Of a DNA stretch of 11,089 nucleotides, positions 1 to 6,493 are shown piece after piece. The stretch's first letter is position 1. The number at the start of each line of letters is the position of its first letter. Below the pieces are notes generated by a model. It had not been told where the DNA came from. It did no database searches and saw only the letters and a list, made by a program, of their open reading frames with translations. The position numbers and the translations under genes are program-made. Origin of the DNA: Limisphaerales bacterium (GTDB lineage: Bacteria; Verrucomicrobiota; Verrucomicrobiia; Limisphaerales; JAJOIW01); NCBI GenBank assembly GCA_965657355.1, contig CBFHOE010000012.1, positions 2,491 through 13,579 on the forward strand, read 5' to 3'.

Positions 1-1707
1 GGGATTTGGAATCGAAATTCTTGTTGATCTTTCTAAATGCTTTCTTTGAGGTGAGTAGCGAAAAAATCCTCCATTAGAGCTACGAACAGGACCATATGCT
101 GTTTCCACATTGCTGTGGAGAAATGTTCCTTCGCCCATGTAAATGGCTCCTGAGGGATCTGCACAGAAAGCACTAATAACGTGGTGGGTGTCGTGGTCAT
201 CAAATCCACTTAAGACCACTTCGCGTAAATCCGCTTTATCATCCCCGTCGTTATCTTTGAGCAATACCAAATCGGAGCCTTGAGCGACGAATACCCCTTC
301 TGGAGCAAATTCAAAGCCGGTCGGTAAGTGAAGGTTTTCAGCAAAAACTATCTCCTTATCGGCTTTGCCGTCATTATCCACATCTTCTAATATTATGAGT
401 TTATCATTTGGTTTAGGGTCACCCGGTTGATAGTGAGGGTAACTAGGCATCGTGGAAACCCAAAGCCTACCTTTATTGTCGAAAGCCATTTGAACCGGAT
501 TAGCTAAGTTAGGAAATTCTTTTTCGGAAGCGAAAAGTTCTATCTTATATCCTGGGGCAGTTTTAAAGGTAGCAACCGCATCTTTTCCATACTTATATTC
601 CAGTGATCCATTTTTGCCACTGGGTCTGTAATTAGTTTTTGTTTCTGGCAGCACATGGGTATTGGTATCTGCATAGGCCAAATTAAATTCGCTTCCCCGA
701 ACTGCTGCCCAGATGGCTTGGTCCCTATTGGTGGTCATTTGATCCAGTTTGATCAACTCATCTGGATAATTTTGAGGCCCGAATGGTCTGTGCCGTCTCC
801 CAAAAACATGAACACCATTGGGGATCTTGTAATAATTGTGCCACAGCCAGTTCTTTTCCCTGACCGCGCTTAAGATATTTGCTTTATGAGGGTTTTTAGC
901 TATTTTAGGGCCAAATAATTTCTGTGCGAGAGATCGAGAAAAAAGCTTATAACCGCGCTCGTTGAGTAATGCCCCATCGCGGGTAAGTGGTGTATCTGCC
1001 TCTTGAAACCACCTTTGACTAACTAAAAACATATCTACAAATGGAACGTCCTCCTCATTTGCAACTTCTCGTATCGCTGCGGTATAAAGAGCTAAATTTC
1101 CATTCTCTTTTTGGCCGTCAGGTGTTCCAGCATTAGCTGAGATGTCTTCAAAAGCAATGGGAGAAACAAGTATGAGCTCTGGCGAGGAATGGCCGTTATA
1201 TTTCGAAGAGAGTGTATGTTTGATAAATGCTTTTAGTTCTCCTCTGAAGTTGTCTAGTCCATCAAGACCGCGAAAAGATTCATTAAATCCAAAAAAGGCG
1301 ATTATTTTATCAGGCTTAATTTGCTCGAGCCACTCGTCGGGTGATGGATAGTCTCCAACCCCGACATGTCCTGACCCCCACCTATCTTTCGCTTTTGATA
1401 AAGGCGAATAAAACTTTTCAGCACCGGAAAATGCCCAGGGCGACGGCCTTCCTGAATGGGGACGGAATCCGGGAGTATTTCCCTCATCGCACATGTTACG
1501 TATGACAAGATTATGATTTGGGTATCTCTCATGAATATCTGATTCGAAAAACCCAAATTCCATCATTCTTGACCCCAGCCCATTACCAAGCAGGACTACC
1601 CTATCGTTTTTCTCGAGCTTCATTGGACCCGCTTTAGATAGGGGTAAATTCAAAAATGCTATAAAGCTAAAGATGAAGAATGTCACTCTAGATTGGATCA
1701 AATGCAT
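1..1707 (-). CDS. Secreted PVC-type SGNH/GDSL-like plus beta-propeller 'membrane-bound dehydrogenase' domain protein (PVC-type heme-binding CxxCH family-like); 3' end lies beyond the left edge
   Basis: Not in the ORF track because it has no stop in the window. ATG at 1707-1705 is in frame with position 1 (569 codons); the segments I translated by hand are open. Signal-peptide-like start MHLIQSRVTFFIFSFIAFLNLPLSKA. SGNH-like blocks RVVLLGNGLG, FFGFNES, LTRDGALLNERGY. Then PGYKIELFASEKEFPNLANPVQMAFDNKGRLWVSTMPSYP, ILEDVDNDGKAD and LSGFDDHDTHH, typical of TIGR02604-type propeller domains. The CxxCH cytochrome domain usual in this family is not visible in the window. Confidence 0.85.
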   Translation of the reverse strand, partial: MHLIQSRVTFFIFSFIAFLNLPLSKAGPMKLEKNDRVVLLGNGLGSRMMEFGFFESDIHERYPNHNLVIRNMCDEGNTPGFRPHSGRPSPWAFSGAEKFYSPLSKAKDRWGSGHVGVGDYPSPDEWLEQIKPDKIIAFFGFNESFRGLDGLDNFRGELKAFIKHTLSSKYNGHSSPELILVSPIAFEDISANAGTPDGQKENGNLALYTAAIREVANEEDVPFVDMFLVSQRWFQEADTPLTRDGALLNERGYKLFSRSLAQKLFGPKIAKNPHKANILSAVREKNWLWHNYYKIPNGVHVFGRRHRPFGPQNYPDELIKLDQMTTNRDQAIWAAVRGSEFNLAYADTNTHVLPETKTNYRPSGKNGSLEYKYGKDAVATFKTAPGYKIELFASEKEFPNLANPVQMAFDNKGRLWVSTMPSYPHYQPGDPKPNDKLIILEDVDNDGKADKEIVFAENLHLPTGFEFAPEGVFVAQGSDLVLLKDNDGDDKADLREVVLSGFDDHDTHHVISAFCADPSGAIYMGEGTFLHSNVETAYGPVRSSNGGFFRYSPQRKHLERSTRISIPNP

Positions 1708-1743
1708 ATTTATTTTTATCAGTAAAGAACTGCAATGGTCCAT

Positions 1744-1776
1744 TTGAAAACCTGCTTTTCAATGAATAAATTCATT
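1744..1776. repeat. Two adjacent AT-rich inverted repeats in the 1708-1774 gap (possible operator or weak terminator)
   Basis: TTGAAAA(1744-1750)-cctgc-TTTTCAA(1756-1762) and AATGAAT(1761-1767)-aa-ATTCATT(1770-1776). The repeats are directly visible; their function is not established. Confidence 0.35.
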
Positions 1777-2953
1777 ATTGCCTAGTGGGCGACAATAATG
1801 GTGTCAGTGAATTGCCGTATCCGGTAAGTTCCACATAGGCCTTACCAATTTTTTTGCCCTCACCATTCAGAACTTCGCATGCTCCTTCCCAGTATTGTAC
1901 GTCTGAAATCCGCGATTCCATTTCTTGAAAATCCAACAAGGGTTTCAATATCATTTTCTCGGGCACTCCAGTCAATTTTTCATTTTCGCTTTTTGGTGGA
2001 AGAAACTGAATAACTGATTCTACTGGATATTTCGAATTCGTGCTCTCACTTTTCCAGTGACGTATGGTCTGCCAGGTAAATGTTTTAGATGAAAATTGTT
2101 TCACAGACTCCAAGCTCGAACTTATGAGATTGAAAAAAGAGTAGGGATCTTTGGATCCATCTTTTTTCCTCATCATATAAACCATTATGGATTTTCCAGA
2201 ATCGAGATGTATCGAAGCCCAATTCCATCCAATTTGGTCGTCATCCAATTGCGAGGAACTTATTTCATGGTCCATCCATGTTTCGCCCGAAATCTCGTAT
2301 TCATTCTCTCCCAGCTCAAGTTTCCCCTTTGTAAATAGCTTGGGAAACGTGATGTATAAACTTCTGGCTGACGGGTGAGCTCCTTTCACACTCACTCCAT
2401 TTTCACCAAATATGACCGGTGGCTTTTCGCTGGTAAGATCAAAACTGAGCTTTATCTCGCTTCCAATTGTTGAATTCAATTGGGCGGAGAAATAACCCAT
2501 TTTGGGGTCTTGTCGTAAGGTCCAGTTCCCATTTCTGCAATGGAGATAATCGGTCCTAGAATAAGCATCCCACCCGTCGCGGTTCATTTTCTCCTCGTGA
2601 TAAAACTTTTTTCCATCGATGTCCGACAATGCCATGTGTGCCATGAAAAATTGCCCGTTATTCAAAAAGTTGTTTCCTGGACCGGTTTTTGCTTGGGCAA
2701 CTCTAAAAAAAGTTGCTTGATAACCAAAGTGAGATTTTTTGTCAGATGATGTGTTCTTTCCGCTTAAATGCCCCGTTAGATACCACCATTCTATTCTGTA
2801 GTCAGGGTGCGCTCCATGGTCTTTTGGGAATGCGAATGGATAGTTTTCCACCGGGATCGAAAAATCATCGCCAAAACCACTTGTGACAAAGTTAATAGAA
2901 AATAATACCAATAGAATAAGGCTATTAGATCCGCTATAAATCCTGCTTTTCAT
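1775..2953 (-). CDS. Secreted lipocalin-like protein, CrtC/AttH (NE1406-like, 'predicted secreted hydrolase') family
   Basis: 392 aa with an N-terminal hydrophobic signal. Family motifs FPKDHGAHPDYRIEWWYLTGHL, FGYQATFFR, WMDHEISS, GWNW, YWEGAC and AYVELTGY. Its ATG overlaps the permease stop codon (TAATG). Confidence 0.88.
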   Translation of the reverse strand: MKSRIYSGSNSLILLVLFSINFVTSGFGDDFSIPVENYPFAFPKDHGAHPDYRIEWWYLTGHLSGKNTSSDKKSHFGYQATFFRVAQAKTGPGNNFLNNGQFFMAHMALSDIDGKKFYHEEKMNRDGWDAYSRTDYLHCRNGNWTLRQDPKMGYFSAQLNSTIGSEIKLSFDLTSEKPPVIFGENGVSVKGAHPSARSLYITFPKLFTKGKLELGENEYEISGETWMDHEISSSQLDDDQIGWNWASIHLDSGKSIMVYMMRKKDGSKDPYSFFNLISSSLESVKQFSSKTFTWQTIRHWKSESTNSKYPVESVIQFLPPKSENEKLTGVPEKMILKPLLDFQEMESRISDVQYWEGACEVLNGEGKKIGKAYVELTGYGNSLTPLLSPTRQ

Positions 2954-5649
2954 TATATCTCTCTGACTGAAGTTTTTAAATTTTTTGTGGTTAATTTTGA
3001 TACGATATAAGTGACGCCAACCCCGGAAAAAAGAAGGAGCACAAACAGGAATCCGATTTGTAAATTTGGCACGTAATAATCAAGTGTCCATCCAAAGCTT
3101 TGTTTGTTAATGACAAAAACAAGCAGCCATCCGAGCAACAATGACAAAGCAATCCCTCCAATTGCTCCAATAAAGGTTATGATGAATCCCTCTGCTATTA
3201 TAATTTTACTTGTCATGCCCTTTGAAATTCCCAGCTCTTTCCATGTCTTAAGGGTGAGGGACCGATTCACCCACAAACTCGTTAAAGAAAGGGCTAATCC
3301 GGTAATGGCAACCACCACGCCAATTATTTGCAGGGCATAGGTTACTGAGAACGTTTGTTTGAAGATCTTTAAGGCTTCATACCTTATCTCACGGTTAGAG
3401 CGAATCACTAGGTTTGGGTGATTCGATTTTAATGATGCTACAAAATCATCTAAATTCTCTCCCTGGTTTAGTGAAAGCGCCATATTGATAATATTTTCAT
3501 CCCCAAAAGAATCTATGTAAACATCTTGTGGTATTGTGACTGAACCAAACTCTGATCCATAATCTGCGTAGATTCCGGCAACAAAGAATTCTATTTTTTT
3601 TCGTGGTGTTGGGATTGTAACTATGTCTCCCATTTTTAGCTCTTGATGATAAGCCAAAGTTTCCGTAATCAGGCATGGTAAAGTCTGATCACTCACCTCC
3701 TCGCCACCGCTTGCAAGGTCAAACTTTCTTTTATTTTCAGATGAAGGTTCTTTTATCCAGATAGTAGAAGCATCAGAATTAAATAGGCTTCTATGAGTCC
3801 CGGTGATAAATACCTTGTCGTTGTTCAATAGAACTTTATCAAAATAGCCTAATTCAAAATTCTTAACCTCCTCTCTTTCTGTGATAGTTTTCCAAGTTGT
3901 TTTAGAAATTCTATTTTCAGAAGAGGCATTACTTATTCCCGGAGATGCAATGAAGACATCTGCTTTGAGTAATGTGTTCATCCATTGTAGGATTGTAGAT
4001 TCAAAACTTGCGATAAGAATGGCCATAGCCGCTGCCATTCCAGCTGAGGCAACAAGGCCAGCTACGGCCCAAAAATGGTGGAATGTTGGGCGCCTAAGAT
4101 GGCTCAAAGCCAATTTAATGGAGAGTGAATTTGAACTTTTAAATAATGGGCTCTGAGCAACGAACGATAGAAAGAGAACTGTTATCAAACCAAATGCGAC
4201 AATCCATATTAACGCAGTTATATACCCCCACACCGGGATTGGGCGGAACCCTATTAGGTTGATTGGTGAAAGGGTAGCAGCATAAATTCCGACTATAAGT
4301 AAAGTCAATCCTATCATCAGGAACGATTTGCCCGGCAGCAGACTTGTTAGTTGTGATTTTCCTAATGCATGCGCCGGAGGAGTTTTGGAAATGTGCCTTG
4401 ACGGTAGCCATCCGGCGATCAAGCTTACCGATACACCCAACACAAAGGCTATTAAAGCCTCTGTCCAATCCCAGGATGCGGCCTCTACAGAGTTTGAGTA
4501 GTATAGTGAATTAACTGTTTTGCTGATACCTCCGACGATGGATTGGGCCCCAAGATAACCAAAAATAAGCCCTGATATGCTCCCGAGAATACCCAATACG
4601 ACGGCTTCGATGATCCAAATGGTTTGGATCAAATGCGTTGAGAAACCCAAGGATTTTAAAGTGGCTATCTCGCTTCTTCTGAGTGAGACACTCGCTTCCA
4701 AAGATTGAAAGATCAGATAACCACCGACTATGAGGCCTAAAAGAGAAAGGATACTCAAATTCATCCGGAATCCGGCCGTCATTGAGCTGGCCGATTTTTG
4801 CTTATCCGATTGATTCATCAAAATCCAGTTATCTCCTTCTTCAGGCGATAAGGCATCGACAATTTTTTTAATTGTTTTGTTGTAGATGTCTTGATTAACC
4901 GATTTTGGTATTTGTACCTCTACTCTATTTATCTGATCATCCAAACCAAGAAACGCCTGGAGATCTGGTAGGTCAGTTAGTATTAGATTTTTGGGGGGAG
5001 ATGGCAGATATTCGTTGGCCGGTAAAATACCTCTGATCCTGAGTAAAGCATCCTTGTCATTAATGATAACCTCTGCGTAATCATTTCTATTCCAATTCTT
5101 CTCTAGCGAGAGCGCCTCAGGGATGAAAACTTCTAAGTCTGGGGTCGAGTTTTCCTTAATTTTATTGCCGATGGTTGCACCTTCTTGCCCAAAAGCAGGT
5201 GAAATATATCTTTCTTGTGGATTGATGTATGCCAGATTTGCCAGGGATATCAAATCCATTCCCAAAAGCTGGAATTGAGGTGCTTCGAATGCGTCTCTCC
5301 CCTCTCCAACATAGCTTTTATCAATTGCAGTGGACTCTAAGACAGGAAAGAAGTGTGCGGGAAGTGATCCTGATCGTTCTCTAAATTTGGGCAAATTATC
5401 CACCGATAAAAGTCCAGATGGAGGGAAAATTATTAATGGACTTTCGCCTGAGACAGAGTCGCTAAACCATTCGAACCCCATAATTGCGGCATTGTTGGCG
5501 AGACGAATGGCATAGTAACCACCTAACCCCACGCCTATAATACCAACAAGGATTACAGTTCTCATCCAATTTTTTCGCCACTGCCTAATCGAAATATGAC
5601 GAAGAGCATACGCCACCGATCTCATGGCCTTTATAGATAAATAATTCAT
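2953..5649 (-). CDS. ABC transporter permease with duplicated MacB-periplasmic/FtsX domains (AttFG/YbbP-like)
   Basis: 898 aa with two repeats of TM + large periplasmic domain + 3 TM. Motifs RRSEIATLKSLG, ADVFI and LLVFVINKQSFGWT. ATGA overlap with the ATPase stop supports the start at 5649; an alternative Met lies at 5625. Confidence 0.9.
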   Translation of the reverse strand: MNYLSIKAMRSVAYALRHISIRQWRKNWMRTVILVGIIGVGLGGYYAIRLANNAAIMGFEWFSDSVSGESPLIIFPPSGLLSVDNLPKFRERSGSLPAHFFPVLESTAIDKSYVGEGRDAFEAPQFQLLGMDLISLANLAYINPQERYISPAFGQEGATIGNKIKENSTPDLEVFIPEALSLEKNWNRNDYAEVIINDKDALLRIRGILPANEYLPSPPKNLILTDLPDLQAFLGLDDQINRVEVQIPKSVNQDIYNKTIKKIVDALSPEEGDNWILMNQSDKQKSASSMTAGFRMNLSILSLLGLIVGGYLIFQSLEASVSLRRSEIATLKSLGFSTHLIQTIWIIEAVVLGILGSISGLIFGYLGAQSIVGGISKTVNSLYYSNSVEAASWDWTEALIAFVLGVSVSLIAGWLPSRHISKTPPAHALGKSQLTSLLPGKSFLMIGLTLLIVGIYAATLSPINLIGFRPIPVWGYITALIWIVAFGLITVLFLSFVAQSPLFKSSNSLSIKLALSHLRRPTFHHFWAVAGLVASAGMAAAMAILIASFESTILQWMNTLLKADVFIASPGISNASSENRISKTTWKTITEREEVKNFELGYFDKVLLNNDKVFITGTHRSLFNSDASTIWIKEPSSENKRKFDLASGGEEVSDQTLPCLITETLAYHQELKMGDIVTIPTPRKKIEFFVAGIYADYGSEFGSVTIPQDVYIDSFGDENIINMALSLNQGENLDDFVASLKSNHPNLVIRSNREIRYEALKIFKQTFSVTYALQIIGVVVAITGLALSLTSLWVNRSLTLKTWKELGISKGMTSKIIIAEGFIITFIGAIGGIALSLLLGWLLVFVINKQSFGWTLDYYVPNLQIGFLFVLLLFSGVGVTYIVSKLTTKNLKTSVREI

Positions 5650-6341
5650 TTCAGGCTTGGCTTGGTATTTTCCTCAAGACGGCCATTGTGTAGTGAAAAT
5701 TTTCGGTCGCAAATTGAAGCGGCAGATTGGCTATGGGTAACCATGACAAATGTCATATTCTTGTCCTTGATGATATCCTGTAGCAATTCAAGTATCCCAC
5801 CACTAGTTGATTCATCTAAATTACCAGTAGGCTCGTCCGCAAAAATAATACTTGGCTCGTGCACAAGAGCCCTAGCAATGGCAGCTCTTTGACGTTCCCC
5901 ACCGCTAAGGGTCTCAGGTAAAGCATTGCTTCTATGTGATAAACCTACACCCTCAATAAGTTCTCCAACTTTCTTTTCTCTTTGTTTTTTTTTGACCCCC
6001 TGGATAACAAGGGGTAACTCGACGTTTTCAAAGGTGGAAAGGGTGGGGAGAAGGTGAAAAAACTGAAAAATAATACCCATTTCTGTTCGTCTTAGTTCGG
6101 CTCTTTCCTCTTCATCAAGCTTCTCAAATTTTTTTCCTAGGACGACCACATTTCCGGTTTGAATTTTCTCAAGCCCGGCTAGGCAATTAAGTAAAGTCGA
6201 TTTTCCTGTTCCAGATGGTCCCATAATCGCCATGGATTCACCGCTGCCGAGACTCAGATCGAGCTGATTGAGTATGGATGTAGCTCCATAAGAATGGCCG
6301 AGATTGGATACTTCAATTTGGTTGTTCAATGATAAAGACAT
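5646..6341 (-). CDS. ABC transporter ATP-binding protein, LolD/MacB/YbbA (AttE-like) family
   Basis: 231 aa. Walker A GPSGTGKST, Q-loop IFQFFHLLP, signature LSGGERQR, Walker B/D-loop IIFADEPTGNLD, H-loop VTH. Confidence 0.95.
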   Translation of the reverse strand: MSLSLNNQIEVSNLGHSYGATSILNQLDLSLGSGESMAIMGPSGTGKSTLLNCLAGLEKIQTGNVVVLGKKFEKLDEEERAELRRTEMGIIFQFFHLLPTLSTFENVELPLVIQGVKKKQREKKVGELIEGVGLSHRSNALPETLSGGERQRAAIARALVHEPSIIFADEPTGNLDESTSGGILELLQDIIKDKNMTFVMVTHSQSAASICDRKFSLHNGRLEENTKPSLK

Positions 6342-6492
6342 AAAATTCTCATAGGCAATTGCCGTATAACCTGTGTATTATTTAGATGTTGGAGGTTGTT
6401 ATGGTAAGGCAGCCAAATTTGACGATAATGACGAATCTGACCCATGTAGCGGGTAATGCCAGGGATGGCATTGCTTCACCTTCTCATGGGTC
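6342..6492. promoter_or_regulatory. Divergent control region between the ABC operon and the secretin operon
   Basis: 151-bp gap between head-to-head start codons (6341 minus, 6493 plus). Contains the perfect palindrome GGCAATTGCC (6354-6363) and two plus-strand stem-loops. No convincing -35/-10 pair identified. Confidence 0.6.
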
Positions 6493-6493
6493 A
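6438..6493 (+). promoter_or_regulatory. Candidate structured 5' leader (two-stem hairpin with GGGA tetraloop) abutting the secretin start
   Basis: Outer perfect 9-bp stem TGACCCATG(6438-6446)/CATGGGTCA(6485-6493). Inner 11-bp stem GGGTAATGCCA(6451-6461)/TGGCATTGCTT(6466-6476) with 3 G-U pairs, closed by GGGA (GNRA). An asymmetric internal loop separates the stems. Confidence 0.55.

Noticed and set aside
655..1556. Short ORFs 655-873 (+), 1142-1351 (+) and 1302-1556 (-)
   Set aside because: All lie within the long minus-strand CDS 1-1707, antisense or out of frame, and show no recognisable motifs.
1775..2953. Calling this gene crtC (carotenoid 1,2-hydratase)
   Set aside because: It has a signal peptide, is coupled to an ABC transporter and has no carotenoid genes nearby, which fits the AttH-like branch of the fold.
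2096..5892. Short ORFs 2096-2338, 2187-2378, 2540-2749, 3104-3340, 3881-4156, 4139-4468, 5330-5515 and 5662-5892
   Set aside because: Shadow ORFs fully overlapping the well-supported lipocalin, permease and ATPase genes.
5970..6000. T9 run (minus-strand A9) in the ATPase as a phase-variation or frameshift site
   Set aside because: It encodes KKKQ in an intact frame with all ABC motifs present; such runs are common at this base composition.
5646..6341. Calling the ABC genes lolD/lolCE or macB
   Set aside because: The permease is a ~900-aa duplicated type, there is no adaptor or TolC gene, and the partner is a lipocalin, so the family is shared but orthology is unsupported.
6405..6460. Resemblance to a c-di-GMP-I riboswitch (GGCA...GACG...GTAGCGGG...TGCC)
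   Set aside because: The GNRA-capped P2 stem, the GCAAAG junction and a pairable P3 are missing, and the GTAGCGGG segment fits the alternative hairpin better. Only an Rfam cmscan hit would revive this.
6438..6493. Hairpin as an intrinsic terminator or SRP (4.5S) RNA
   Set aside because: There is no U-tract on either side and it lies between divergent starts. It lacks the SRP domain IV CAGG/GGAA/AGCA internal-loop motif and is too short.
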